From positions 1 through 37,672 of the IMG/VR virus record IMGVR_UViG_3300033076_000668: a stretch of 37,672 bases of DNA. One strand, given 5' to 3'. The notes beneath the pieces were generated by a model. It saw nothing but the letters and a program-made list of their open reading frames with translations, was not told the DNA's origin and did not search any database. Below are positions 25,401 to 34,719 of the stretch, one piece after another; the first letter of the stretch is position 1, and every line of letters starts with the position of its first letter. This DNA comes from a virus. Its lineage: Duplodnaviria > Caudoviricetes. The position numbers were made by a program, and so were the translations under genes.

Positions 25401-26243
25401 AGGTGCGGTGTCGAGCTCGGCGTGCAGCATGGCATTGAGGAACATCGCGGTATCGCGATCGGACGGCATGATTCGGCCGTCGTTCTTCTCCTGCCAGGCC
25501 TTGTATTTCTCGACCCAGCCAGGACCGTAGTGGGCCAGCGCGCCAAAGCCGCCACCCATGATGAGGTCCATGGCGATCGCTGAGTTGTCGAGCACCTGAT
25601 ACTGCTCGGCCATGTCGCCATAGCCGCGCTCACGCAGGAAAGCGCCTGTCGCGCCGCGTGTGGCCATGCCTGTGACGACGTTGCCGGCAGCGCCTGTGGC
25701 CACCGTGCCGATCGCGCCGAGCTGGGGCGCCACGGTGATCGGCAGCTTGAGGCCGACCCAGGCCGAGACGCCATCGATCGCGCCCTTGCCCAATGCCGTG
25801 CCAGGATCGAGGCCGTCCACCAGGCCACCGCGGAAGCCCTTGTAGCCCTGCAGCACGCCGGCCGTCTCAGGACCACCGAGCATGGCCTCAGAGCCCACGT
25901 TGAACAGGCCGTGGATCGCCTGGCCGATCACACCGGTGGTGCGAGGGTCGGGCGCCCAGTTGTTGATGTTGTCGACGTTCTTCTGCTGTTCCTTGCCCAG
26001 CCACTCCTCGATCTTCGTGCCGAAGAGCTGGTCGACCGGACGCGCCGCGCCCTGCAGAACCGGCGTGCCGGCGTCCCCCATCAGCAGCGCCACGTCGTTG
26101 AACGTGGAAGCGAGGCCAGTCACCGGAGCCTTCCAGGCGCCAGCCATCAGGCCAGGCTTCATGTCAGCCGGGTTGATCGGGTTCAGCCGCGCCTGATCCA
26201 TCAGGTTCTGCGTGGCGGTGGGGTCAAGGTCGAAGAAGCTCAT
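22497..26243 (-). CDS. Multidomain internal virion protein with HExxH metallopeptidase-like and HhH-GPD glycosylase-like domains
   Basis: 1248 aa in the core block, with Gly/Ala-rich N-terminus, TVHEFLHH...SEFWA, and GIGIDNKVTSFTLLVAGFDDVMVLDRVQIR. Confidence 0.75.
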   Translation of the reverse strand: MSFFDLDPTATQNLMDQARLNPINPADMKPGLMAGAWKAPVTGLASTFNDVALLMGDAGTPVLQGAARPVDQLFGTKIEEWLGKEQQKNVDNINNWAPDPRTTGVIGQAIHGLFNVGSEAMLGGPETAGVLQGYKGFRGGLVDGLDPGTALGKGAIDGVSAWVGLKLPITVAPQLGAIGTVATGAAGNVVTGMATRGATGAFLRERGYGDMAEQYQVLDNSAIAMDLIMGGGFGALAHYGPGWVEKYKAWQEKNDGRIMPSDRDTAMFLNAMLHAELDTAPGVPADPAARAAHVEAVHTAINDLLAGREVNVGTDVTDGNFVENPTAVEARNGIVAAVEDHLGADWQSLKMELESRGLPGDTSLYNITGPREPLAPEPVRVTSEVKGIIDKATAEGWDNAKIISALQDLSGRLDNVNDARRAAAASGDRVRGALWINERLTRAERNGELSKQEVGLAKWLIEKNPHIADDLAISLKGDKGDQVGGVYKPLERLAQIFKGGSDPLTTVHEFLHHTERMMPADVRAGIQNAWLEQVKTLQDVAERTGNTNLALAINDVLKAAMGVAGAHERVVNMVKDGHVGADFYALVNASEFWAVNASKLVRERAQEGWVKKAVQWIKELVEKAKDAFGLQSNAAVIRGLDAVLKSNGDYTTSEMLVNDAPYRNVEAPGKGVAKENVNGFGPGLRVSVPIGRMKLPEKPLILVGTNTKNAGRQIAALDDILAKFPDADKSPLEWSKMMAYAFANHEVVIPPYRFLKDINSDGAYNNLARLSAGQIADADHGFANAAKFRQAYTNKLINVATTGKLFLWSFLSKGVSPYTQEGLFIDAFPGIDAWVQKAAAGEFTDKDMPAFEAWARSVAPQGSGQPGAGATHNLNGFGRDFLIKTGKRLEDGRTILQTMHDMLEDPNMTGQQFRRWFHQNTEGIGIDNKVTSFTLLVAGFDDVMVLDRVQIRQLWDDGRFADRNLYDGQSEKRMVVDRKTGKEVEKSVTITGTALAPLGDGVRGLLIYEAIERALSKRIENIYTALGRPQDASIGRYHWETWVADSQQEASHGTLDAILHDAKGDSHMIAEVTAKEGEYGAYAYGARYGRDASGPYFLYNTPTGGEYRFTVPAFRDFLDAVKLAKNKVVPSGFKVTEAGNAPWFEKTQVNKQALDALAQRYADTSASPGEGAVQQHGEGEAVSLQSGRGPDPYGPDELVKNNPSLTYIQADGTMVPAARALTDADVEIASAKRDSQGYDAAVACALRG

Positions 26244-28822
26244 TTGGTCTTAGGCTGCTGCGTGTTGGGTTTGGCTGTCTTCGATTGTGCCTGTGTTGCG
26301 GGCGGTGTGAGCGCCGGTGCATCTCCTGTCGTGGGGATCTTGCTGGCCAGGCTGGGCTTCTCGGTCAGGTCGAGCACGATCGGCGTGCCGTCGCGTTGGG
26401 TGAGGTAGCCTGTGCCGGTGCGCAGCAGATACTTGCTGTCGCCAGCGCTCTGCAGCCCGTAGGCGCCGTAATTGTCGAGGGGGCTACCCTTGTATCCCGC
26501 AGCCTCGATCGCCTTGTCGTAGGCCGCTCTGGCCCCATTCTTGAAGCGCTCTTCGGTCATACCCCAGGGACGCACGACCTCGCCCTTGCCGTTGACGTCG
26601 GTGACGCCACCGATCACGGCGTTGATGGCCTCTTTCATGCGGCCGCTGTCGATCGTGCCGGAGATGTCGCCCTCGCGGGCTGACTTGCCGACGTAGTAGG
26701 CCTTGACGGCCTGGTAGGCGAAGCTGGCGCCCTCTGGATCAGCAGCAAAGGCTTTGCCCACTGCGCCGGTGAACTGGTCGCGCATGTCCTGCTCTTTGGG
26801 CAGCGGGAATGTCTTGCCCTTGCCGTTTTCGGACTTGTCGAGCTTGTTGGGGTTCAACAGGGCTTCGCCCTCGAGCATGATCGCGGCGACGTCCTTCTGC
26901 TGGTAGACCTCGTCCGAGCTGAAGGTGTGGGGCACGATGACGGGGTTCTGCTTGTGCAGGATCATCCCGGCCATGGCGGTCACAGGGCTATCGGGCGCGA
27001 CCTGCTGCATGATCGAGCGATAGGCCACCGGATCGGTCACCGAGGTGCGGATCGCGTCGAGGTAGCCCAGGCGCTGCTGCGTGGTCATGCGCTGGAAACC
27101 CTGGTTCAGGGTCGTGGCCTCGGCCTTGGTGAGCAGCGTGTAGGGCGTGCCGTAGGTCTGCTGCATGGTGGCAGCCACACCGGTGCGGCGGTTGAGCTCG
27201 GCGCCGAAGGCTGCCTGGTCGTTGAAGTTGAGCGGCTGCGCGTTGCCGATCTTGTTCTGCTGCGCATAGGCCATGGGGTCAGCGCTGCGCGCCTGGTTCA
27301 CGGCGTCGGCAGCCTTGAGGATCGTGTCGTAGCGCTTGGTGGCGAGCTCGTAGCCAGGCTTGCTGGGATCTGGCTCGTAGGCCTTCACGGTCACAGCGAT
27401 CTGCTCGGGCGTCTGCAGCTTGAGCGCGTTCATGTCTGTGCCGAGCTGCGCGACCTGCATGTAGTTGGCAAAGCGCTGCGGGCCTTCGACGGGCCCGTAG
27501 GCCTTGGTGTAGTCGGCCTCGGTCAGGGGCTTCTGCACCGGCTGGCCATTCATGAAGGCGGTGACGTGATCGCCTTCGGTGGTGGCCACCTGGCTGCGAT
27601 AGGTCGCCTGCTGGCGCGTCTCTTCGGTGTTGGCCGCGCTGATGAAAGCGGGCATGCGGTCGATGTTGACGTCGCGTGCGATCGTGCTCACCACCGACGA
27701 TGTGGGAGCGCCGGCCATGCCGATCTCTTTGCGCAGGTCGGCGTTGCGATTGCCCCAGGCCTTTGCATATTTGTCATACTTCTGGGGGTCGTTTTCTTTG
27801 AGCTGGTTGAGGTAGGCCTCGCGCAGGTCCATGAACTTGGCAGGATCGCCACCGGATTCGGCGAGGAGCTGCTTGGCGCGGCCGACGCCGGCCATCACGG
27901 CGGTGTCGAAGGCCACGGTGGCCAGCGCAGGGTTCTGCTTGGCGAGCTGGTCGCCACCAATCTTGTCCCAGTAGTCCTTCTTGTAGATGGCCTTGGCCTG
28001 GTCCTTGGTGATCTTGGTGACGTCGACCTCGGGGTGCGCGGCCTGGTTGATGCCGAAGTTGGACGGCGTGCCGTTGGTGTCGGATGGATTGAGCCCGCCC
28101 TCGGCGCGCAAGGTGAAGTCGAGCGCGTGGCCGAAGTCGCCACCATAGGTGCGCGTCAGGGTCGATTTGGTTTCGGCAGGGTTGGATTGCACCTGGCCCT
28201 GCAGCGCGGTTTCGCCCAGGCGCTCGGCATATCGCTTGGCGCGATCGGCGCGGGTGACGGGGTCGTAGCCCAGGTTGGCAATCATGCCCAGCAAGGCTGT
28301 GCGCGAGCTCTCGTATTGCGTGCCGTCTTGAGCCACCACGCGAGCGTAGTTCTGATAGGCCTGCTCGAGCTTGGTGTCGCGGTCGGCCACACCGGCCTGG
28401 GCCTCGAAGTTGATGGCGCGTGAGCCGATCGAGTTGCGCAGGCTGTTGAGGTGCTGGGCCGCATAGACGCGGGCCTTCTCGTTGGTGATGCCGGCCAGCG
28501 TCTCCTGGGCATACTTGTCGAACTCGGCCACGGTCTTGCCAGTGAAGCCGTTGGCGCCATCGGCAGCGGTCTGCGAGGCGTCCTTGAGGTATTGATCCCA
28601 CTTGAGGGTCGCGTCCGACATGGTCTTGCCCACGCCGGCGATCGCGTCGTCGTCTTCCTTCTTGCGCAGGAAGTGCAGCTCGGTGGCGGCGTAGCTCACA
28701 CCGGCATTGCCAAGGTTCTGCAGAGCCTGGCCTTCGGCGCCAGAGAACTCAACACCACGAGCCTGTGTATTCAGGCCGCCCTGTGGGTTGAGGCGATCGT
28801 CGTAGAAGGGGATCTTGGCCAT
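26240..28822 (-). CDS. Internal virion protein with embedded GH108 muramidase
   Basis: 860 aa containing LRAEGG...NFGINQ...AKAIYKKDYWDKI...AFDTAVMAGVGRA...KAWGNR. Confidence 0.8.
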   Translation of the reverse strand: MAKIPFYDDRLNPQGGLNTQARGVEFSGAEGQALQNLGNAGVSYAATELHFLRKKEDDDAIAGVGKTMSDATLKWDQYLKDASQTAADGANGFTGKTVAEFDKYAQETLAGITNEKARVYAAQHLNSLRNSIGSRAINFEAQAGVADRDTKLEQAYQNYARVVAQDGTQYESSRTALLGMIANLGYDPVTRADRAKRYAERLGETALQGQVQSNPAETKSTLTRTYGGDFGHALDFTLRAEGGLNPSDTNGTPSNFGINQAAHPEVDVTKITKDQAKAIYKKDYWDKIGGDQLAKQNPALATVAFDTAVMAGVGRAKQLLAESGGDPAKFMDLREAYLNQLKENDPQKYDKYAKAWGNRNADLRKEIGMAGAPTSSVVSTIARDVNIDRMPAFISAANTEETRQQATYRSQVATTEGDHVTAFMNGQPVQKPLTEADYTKAYGPVEGPQRFANYMQVAQLGTDMNALKLQTPEQIAVTVKAYEPDPSKPGYELATKRYDTILKAADAVNQARSADPMAYAQQNKIGNAQPLNFNDQAAFGAELNRRTGVAATMQQTYGTPYTLLTKAEATTLNQGFQRMTTQQRLGYLDAIRTSVTDPVAYRSIMQQVAPDSPVTAMAGMILHKQNPVIVPHTFSSDEVYQQKDVAAIMLEGEALLNPNKLDKSENGKGKTFPLPKEQDMRDQFTGAVGKAFAADPEGASFAYQAVKAYYVGKSAREGDISGTIDSGRMKEAINAVIGGVTDVNGKGEVVRPWGMTEERFKNGARAAYDKAIEAAGYKGSPLDNYGAYGLQSAGDSKYLLRTGTGYLTQRDGTPIVLDLTEKPSLASKIPTTGDAPALTPPATQAQSKTAKPNTQQPKTK

Positions 28823-28825
28823 GTC

Positions 28826-29341
28826 TTAGTCCATTCCAGGCAATTTGCCTGTCTTGCCGTAGTAGGCGTATTTGGTCGCGCCAGACAGCAGCGCTGCGCC
28901 GGCATTGAGATAGCCCGCGTTCTTGGCAGACTTGGCGTTCTGGCGGTTCACGGCCGCGCTGTATCGGTCAAGGTTGGCTTGCGATTCGAACGACTTGGCC
29001 TTGTTCTGGCCCTCGTAGCGAATGGTCAGCGCGTCGAGCTCGTTGTTGATCGCGTTCTGCTCGAGCATATCAGCATTGGAGCCAGAGAAGCCTGTGCCGG
29101 ATTGAGCAACACCGGCCATGGCCTGGCCCTGCAGCGAGCGGAAGTGACGACGCTGCTGCTCCTCCTGCGCGTTGGCCTGGTCGGAGGCCATGATCGCGTT
29201 GTTCTTGTCGACGACCGCGTTGTATTCGTTGGCCTGCGCCTGGGCGTTGTAGCTGTCGGCTTGCGCCTGGCCCTGGCGAACTGCGCCAATGGCAGAGACG
29301 GCGCTCGAAGCGACCATCAGTGGAACGGCAAATGCACCCAT
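28826..29341 (-). CDS. Small internal virion protein (T7 gp14-like position)
   Basis: Ala/Gln-rich, hydrophobic N-terminus, AQSGTGFSGS motif. Confidence 0.75.
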   Translation of the reverse strand: MGAFAVPLMVASSAVSAIGAVRQGQAQADSYNAQAQANEYNAVVDKNNAIMASDQANAQEEQQRRHFRSLQGQAMAGVAQSGTGFSGSNADMLEQNAINNELDALTIRYEGQNKAKSFESQANLDRYSAAVNRQNAKSAKNAGYLNAGAALLSGATKYAYYGKTGKLPGMD

Positions 29342-29766
29342 TATGAAACCCTCGCATAGAGGTCGCAGTCGTCGCCCTCTGGCGTAAAGGCACGCATGCG
29401 GCCCTCGCGCTCAAAGCCGAGCAGCTTTGCCCAGCGGTGGCCCTGCTCGAAATTGCAGGCCACGGACGTCTCGATGCGACGGAAGTGATGAAGTGAAAAC
29501 ACGCGCAGCACAGCCTTGTGCAGCATGACCATGTGCGGCCCCACCTCGGAACTGACCAGAGCCCAGGCGATCGCCCGGTTGCTCCATTGAGGAATGAGGC
29601 CCGCTGTTGCGAATACCGCATCACCGTCCACCAACGAATAGGCAGGGCCCGCCTCTTTCAGGCTGGCTCCATACGTTGGGTCGGACAGTGTTGGTTGCAT
29701 GATGGCCTGGCTCGGTTGAAGCAATAGTCGTTGGAGGTGCTCGGGTTCAAACTGGACAATCTTCAT
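29341..29766 (-). CDS. GNAT-fold protein (T7 gp13-like position)
   Basis: RIETSVACNFEQGHRWAKLLGFEREGRMR. Follows the nozzle gene. Confidence 0.75.
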   Translation of the reverse strand: MKIVQFEPEHLQRLLLQPSQAIMQPTLSDPTYGASLKEAGPAYSLVDGDAVFATAGLIPQWSNRAIAWALVSSEVGPHMVMLHKAVLRVFSLHHFRRIETSVACNFEQGHRWAKLLGFEREGRMRAFTPEGDDCDLYARVS

Positions 29767-32057
29767 CGGTCGAATGTGTGAAGCTGCGGCATGATCGCCA
29801 CCACCGTCATCGGCAGCGGCTGGTCCTGCACAACCATGACAAACCCGTCGAAGTCATATCCACCAGGCCAATCAATCAGCTTGTCACCAGTGAACAGCGG
29901 CGGGGCTTGGTTCATCAGGTCAGACCCTGTGCGGAACTCGATCGAATCGAGATCTGTCTCACTGGGTCCTGCTTTTGCACCGAGCGTATTGTAGAAGCGA
30001 ATGACAGCTTTGGTGATGCGTTTCGACTTGCCTTGTGCTGTGCCATCACCTGCGCCAGCCTCGAGGCGCATGGCCCGCAGCTTGGCAGGACAGGGCAGGC
30101 CCACCTGGACCACCGAGGCTGCATATTGCAGCGAGATCGAGCCAGAGCTCACCACGCGATCAGGATGCGCTGCGCCATCGACCAGGACCTGCACGGTCTG
30201 GCCCTCGAGGTAGTTGAGGCCTGAGATCGTTGTGGTGGGCGAGCCTGAATAGGTGGCGCCGGCGTCGACGTAGAAGCACGAGCTCTGCGCGTCACCGTCC
30301 TGGTATTCGCGCTCGAGGTATTCGACATAGCGCTTGGTCGCGCCATTGATCGTGCGCTTGACGATCATCCACAGGTCATCACGGTCGCGGTTGGGGCTGG
30401 GGATCACGGCCACGCTCTCGACCACGGCATTGCCGCTGCCGAAGCTGCCGCCGATCAGGTGCTTGTGCCAGCCGACGACGTCCTGCTCCTTGTTGAAGGT
30501 GAAGCCCAACAGGTAGCCGTCGCCGCGCACGGCCCACATGGCCACATAGGGCTCTTTGTGCCAGGCGGTCTGCGCGATGCCACCGCGTGTGATGTGCTCG
30601 GCCAACGTGGTCAGGTCGTTGGCGATGTAGCCGTTCTGCTGGAAGTTGTAGGCGATCTCTTTGACCTTGCGGCCAGAGCGCTGAACCATGAGCGTGGAGT
30701 AGCCCACGCGCACCGGCGCGACCGAGCGCGAGCCCTCAGACGTCTGCTGCTCGATCTTGACGTTGCCAGGCGCAAAGGCCTCGCTGGTGGTGTTCTCCAT
30801 GCAGGCGAACTCGCCACCGGACGTGCCGATGAGCAGCGCCTGCGTGGGCACGAGCCACTGCACCTGGTTGACCTCGTCGGACGAGATGGTGATCTGAATG
30901 GCGCGATCGGCCACCACCTGGCCCGAATCATCCTTGGCCGCAAAGTTTTCAAAGTCGCCGGCGACGGAGAAGTAGAGCTGCTGGTCTTTGGCCAGCGTCA
31001 AGCGCTCGCGGAAGAAGGTCACGCGGCTGGGGTATCCCTCCTCGCCAGAAAAGGCCGCCAGGGCCCAGCGGAAGGTGGCATTGCCTGATCCCACCACGCC
31101 GGCCGGCAGCGGCCAGTTGCCCACCACGGTGGCTGTTACCGATGTGCCAGAGCTGTAGCCGGTGATGACCGCGTAGCCATAGCCTGCATCGACGAAGAGC
31201 CAGTCGAGGCCCTGGCGCTCGACGGTCGTGCCGCTGATGCCGTTGTAGTCGCCATCGGCCACCGTGCCGTAGGTGTGGATCGGCTTGTTGGGGCCGGTGC
31301 GCCAGACCTTGCCTGATGTGGGCGTGCCGCTTGTCGTGCAGATGTAGGTCTTGCCATCGCTGCGGCGATAGAGGCCGTAGGGGTTCGATGTGTATTCCTG
31401 GCCCGCGGTCCAGGGCTTCACGGCCGAGGCGTCAGCGGGCTCGAGGTAGACGTAGCTGCCCACCATGGCCGAAGTGAAGATCGAGCTCGTGGCGGTCAGG
31501 GTGACCGAGCCAGAGGTCGCGCTGGCGTAGACCTTCACGGTGCGGTCGGTGTTCTGGGTCTGGAAGGGACCATTGATCAGCGGCGCGGCCGCGATCGTCC
31601 AGTTGGTGTTGCCAAAGCGCGACAGCTTCTGCAGCGGGTGCGCAGGGTGCGCGATGTAGATCACATCACCTGACTGCACCATCGAGAGCGCAAAGGCGCC
31701 GTCGCTGTCTGTGAGCTCGCTGGCGCTGTAGGGGCTGACGATCTCGTAGGGTGAGCCACCGGACAGGAGCTGGCCGTGGCTGGTGTAGAAGCGAATGTAG
31801 AGATCACCGAACTCGAGCACATAGGCCTGGGCCGTGTTGAACTCGAAGGTGGCCAACCAGGTGCGGTTGGCCGAGCTCTTGACCTCGGAGACGTAGCGCG
31901 TGCCGGCACGACGCACGGCAGGGCCCTGCACCGCGGGGATGAAGTTGGTCAGCGTCTCGCAGCCCGAGGCGTATTTGTTGACGTCGGTGCGACCGGCCAT
32001 GAGCGGCGACAGCTCGCCTGCGTTGAACGATGAGCGAAGCGGTGAAGCCTTTGGCAT
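29763..32057 (-). CDS. Tail tubular protein B (nozzle)
   Basis: SFNAGELSPLMAGRTD, GPAVRRAGT, YPSRVTFFRERL, DQPLPMTVVAI. ATG at 32057. Confidence 0.9.
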   Translation of the reverse strand: MPKASPLRSSFNAGELSPLMAGRTDVNKYASGCETLTNFIPAVQGPAVRRAGTRYVSEVKSSANRTWLATFEFNTAQAYVLEFGDLYIRFYTSHGQLLSGGSPYEIVSPYSASELTDSDGAFALSMVQSGDVIYIAHPAHPLQKLSRFGNTNWTIAAAPLINGPFQTQNTDRTVKVYASATSGSVTLTATSSIFTSAMVGSYVYLEPADASAVKPWTAGQEYTSNPYGLYRRSDGKTYICTTSGTPTSGKVWRTGPNKPIHTYGTVADGDYNGISGTTVERQGLDWLFVDAGYGYAVITGYSSGTSVTATVVGNWPLPAGVVGSGNATFRWALAAFSGEEGYPSRVTFFRERLTLAKDQQLYFSVAGDFENFAAKDDSGQVVADRAIQITISSDEVNQVQWLVPTQALLIGTSGGEFACMENTTSEAFAPGNVKIEQQTSEGSRSVAPVRVGYSTLMVQRSGRKVKEIAYNFQQNGYIANDLTTLAEHITRGGIAQTAWHKEPYVAMWAVRGDGYLLGFTFNKEQDVVGWHKHLIGGSFGSGNAVVESVAVIPSPNRDRDDLWMIVKRTINGATKRYVEYLEREYQDGDAQSSCFYVDAGATYSGSPTTTISGLNYLEGQTVQVLVDGAAHPDRVVSSGSISLQYAASVVQVGLPCPAKLRAMRLEAGAGDGTAQGKSKRITKAVIRFYNTLGAKAGPSETDLDSIEFRTGSDLMNQAPPLFTGDKLIDWPGGYDFDGFVMVVQDQPLPMTVVAIMPQLHTFDR

Positions 32058-32058
32058 G

Positions 32059-32658
32059 TCAGAGCCTTGAAACGATCCAGGTGTTGTCTGGTGGGGTCGA
32101 TGGGGGCTTCTCGATCGAGTTGGTGCGCACGGCCTGCGTGATCGCACGCTTGTAGTCGGCCAAAGCAGCCTGCTTCTTGGTGTCGGATTGCGTGAGGTCC
32201 TCGCAGATCTCGGCCGCGATACGCGATGCCACGGCCTCGCGGAAGTTGACGTCCCAAGCGTTGACGTCGGTCACGCGGCTGATGTAGCGCAGCTTGAGCG
32301 GGGCTTCGATGTCGGTCAGGATGACGTTGCCCTCGATCATGTATTCCTGGGTTTCGGCGCCGATGTAGTTGTCCATCACGGCCGAGGGATACTGGTCATT
32401 GATCATGTCCAGGCGCAGATAGTCTGGAGGCAGCGCATACTGGTAAGCAAAGCCAAAGGCAGGCGCCTCGGACAAGGCGGCCAGGCTCGTGCGCTTCATG
32501 GCGAACTGCCAGCGATGAGCGCGCAGCTCGTCGTCTCGGATGTCTTCGAAACAAGACGAGATGGAGCGAGCCGCCTTCACATCGTCAGACAACGACGTGA
32601 TGCGGTTCGACCCCAGCTTCGTCAGGGCACGGTTAGCGACTTGGATCTCTGAGGCCAT
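32059..32658 (-). CDS. Tail tubular protein A (adaptor)
   Basis: VANRALTKLG..RITSL, HRWQFAMKR, YQYALPPDYLR. Confidence 0.9.
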   Translation of the reverse strand: MASEIQVANRALTKLGSNRITSLSDDVKAARSISSCFEDIRDDELRAHRWQFAMKRTSLAALSEAPAFGFAYQYALPPDYLRLDMINDQYPSAVMDNYIGAETQEYMIEGNVILTDIEAPLKLRYISRVTDVNAWDVNFREAVASRIAAEICEDLTQSDTKKQAALADYKRAITQAVRTNSIEKPPSTPPDNTWIVSRL

Positions 32659-32670
32659 GCCAGCCTCCTA

Positions 32671-33006
32671 TCAACCGAGGCCGATGAGGTAGGCGTTGAG
32701 GCCAGAGGGCGTGCCACCAGTGGCAGCCATGCGCACCAGGCCGGCAGGCAGATCGATCGCAGTCTGGTTGCCTGGCAAGGTCGTGAACTTCACCACAGAG
32801 CCAGTGAACACCTGCGCATCCATCCAGACGCCAGAAGGCGACTTGATCTGCAGGCTGACCGTGGAACCGCCCACAGTGCCATCGACCATGAACTGATACT
32901 CGCCACCAGGCACTTGCACACCGTTGCCAGAGTTTGCTCCGGTAGCGGTGCTCGATGCGTTGGACGCGAGCGTATAAACTTGATCATCAGCGCGACGAAC
33001 TGGCAT
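32671..33006 (-). CDS. Hypothetical beta-rich virion protein
   Basis: 111-aa ORF with GAGG RBS, in the structural operon. Confidence 0.7.
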   Translation of the reverse strand: MPVRRADDQVYTLASNASSTATGANSGNGVQVPGGEYQFMVDGTVGGSTVSLQIKSPSGVWMDAQVFTGSVVKFTTLPGNQTAIDLPAGLVRMAATGGTPSGLNAYLIGLG

Positions 33007-33014
33007 GATTTACC

Positions 33015-33203
33015 TCACCAGCTCTTAGCGTCGGTCACGACGTAGTCGACCAGCTTCTGGATAGCCACCAGCAACTCAGTCTTGGAGGGCACGTTGGCGT
33101 TGGTGTTGATCACCACTTCAACGTCCTTGGACGTGGTAGACGAGCCTTCGGTCACGCTGCCCATTGCGCCAGCACCAACGTTGACGCCGAAATAATAAGC
33201 CAT
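33015..33203 (-). CDS. Hypothetical protein (62 aa)
   Basis: AGGAG RBS, in the structural operon. Confidence 0.7.
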   Translation of the reverse strand: MAYYFGVNVGAGAMGSVTEGSSTTSKDVEVVINTNANVPSKTELLVAIQKLVDYVVTDAKSW

Positions 33204-33221
33204 GGTTTTCTCCTATGAATG

Positions 33222-33249
33222 GAAGAAGGGGCCGGGTTTCCCCAGCCCC
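33222..33249 (-). terminator. Hairpin / weak intrinsic terminator after the capsid and decoration genes
   Basis: GGGGCTGGG-GAAA-CCCGGCCCC followed by TTCTTC. Confidence 0.6.
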
Positions 33250-33263
33250 GCCTAAGTCACCGA

Positions 33264-33716
33264 TCAGCTTGGGATCGAGTAGAAGATGTCCACGACCAGG
33301 TTGCCCGATGAAGGCAAGTTGGCAGTGGCGATCGTGCCGATCACGGCTGTCTCGGTGGTCGCACCTGTGTCGGAACCGCCCACAGCGGCTGCCTTACCGA
33401 AGAAGGTAGGGGTGTCAGTCGCTGTGAAAGTGCCGGCTGCGCGATAGGCTGCAGCGGCTGCTGCTGTGCCGATCGACAGGGTCGATGAACCGAGGCTGGT
33501 GTCGGTGTTGATCACGCCGTAGGCGAACACAGCACCTGCTGGCAAGTTGCCGAACAACAGCGTGTCGCTGGTGGTCTGCGATGCCAGGGTGATGGATGCG
33601 CGCATGCGCTTCAAGCGACCGCCATAGACGGAAGCCTTGGGCTTGTAGCCCACGCCAGCAGAGGTCGAAGTGCCGGTAGATGTGCCGGCCAACTCGTTAG
33701 AAAGATACTGAGCCAT
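33264..33716 (-). CDS. Putative capsid cement/decoration protein
   Basis: 150-aa beta-rich protein immediately after the MCP, with LPAGAV motif and AAGGAG RBS. Confidence 0.65.
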   Translation of the reverse strand: MAQYLSNELAGTSTGTSTSAGVGYKPKASVYGGRLKRMRASITLASQTTSDTLLFGNLPAGAVFAYGVINTDTSLGSSTLSIGTAAAAAAYRAAGTFTATDTPTFFGKAAAVGGSDTGATTETAVIGTIATANLPSSGNLVVDIFYSIPS

Positions 33717-33735
33717 TTTGCGTTACTCCTTGTGA

Positions 33736-34692
33736 TTACTTGCAGTTGATGAGAACGCAGCGTTTTTCTTCCATACGAGCAGCACCAAACGTGCCAGTCA
33801 CATAGACCTGGTAGCTGTTGCGCTTGTCGGCACGACGATCGATCGATGTCTGCACATCGTTCCAGATGCCCAATGCAACGCCAGACTTGGCGAACACAGG
33901 CACGATCCAGCGGCTGCCAGCCTGGTATGAACCGTCGCTGTCAGCAGAAGTGACCAATGGGTTGATCGTGGTGTTGAAGTTAGCGGCGCCGGGGATGCGT
34001 TCGCTGTGGATGAAGTTGAAACCCATGAACTGAGTGATCTTGCCGTCCACGAGCACAGGCTTGGTGTTGTAGTCCAAGCTGATAGCCTGGGCTTCGTTCA
34101 ACAAGTCGTCGTGCTGCTTGGCAGAGATGACGCAGTAGAGGGTGTCGTTGTCGACATCGAGGTCGGCTTCCAACAGCTTACGCTTGGCTGCGCGCAGCTT
34201 CGCGATGTTCAAGCCGGTGGCCGATGCAGCGCCTGTGGCAGCAGCGACAGACTGGCTGTTGCTGTTGTAGGCATACAAAGAGCCGGTGGCTGAAGTGCCG
34301 TTTTCGCCGGTGTTGTTGCTACCCAAGATGCCAGCGATGATCTCGTCATCGATAGCGCGGCCCATCGCCCAAGCGCCAGCCATTGCGTAGCTGGAAGTGG
34401 GGTCGATCAACATGCGGAGCTTGTCCTGGCTGTCGATCAGATCGGCCCAGTCATAGTCGTTGGGATAGATCCAACGCTTGTCTTGGGGAGTGGAGATCAG
34501 GGGAGTGTCGCTGTGGCGAGACTGGTTGCGAACAGGTGACACCTGGCCGAACTGCTCTGCCATAGAGGCAGCTTTACCCTGGAATTTCATGTTCTGCACA
34601 GTAGAGCGCAGACGCGAGCCTTGCTGTTGCAAGAGCATGTTGACGTTTGTCGAATACTGTTGGACAAACGCCGTTGAGACGTTGAAAGACAT
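33736..34692 (-). CDS. Major capsid protein
   Basis: FVQQYSTNVNMLLQQQGSRLR, DKLRMLIDPTS, AMGRAIDDEII, FMGFNFI, GAARMEE. Confidence 0.93.
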   Translation of the reverse strand: MSFNVSTAFVQQYSTNVNMLLQQQGSRLRSTVQNMKFQGKAASMAEQFGQVSPVRNQSRHSDTPLISTPQDKRWIYPNDYDWADLIDSQDKLRMLIDPTSSYAMAGAWAMGRAIDDEIIAGILGSNNTGENGTSATGSLYAYNSNSQSVAAATGAASATGLNIAKLRAAKRKLLEADLDVDNDTLYCVISAKQHDDLLNEAQAISLDYNTKPVLVDGKITQFMGFNFIHSERIPGAANFNTTINPLVTSADSDGSYQAGSRWIVPVFAKSGVALGIWNDVQTSIDRRADKRNSYQVYVTGTFGAARMEEKRCVLINCK

Positions 34693-34719
34693 TTTTCTAC
34701 CCTTTGAAGGTTAGGTTGA

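Noticed and set aside
21110-28423. Long plus-strand ORFs (490, 697 and 498 aa)
   Set aside because: They are antisense shadows of GC3-biased structural genes, with no motifs or RBS.
33700-33760. T7-like capsid frameshift or read-through extension
   Set aside because: The MCP ends in TAA, the next gene has its own AAGGAG RBS, and I saw no convincing slippery site with a downstream structure.
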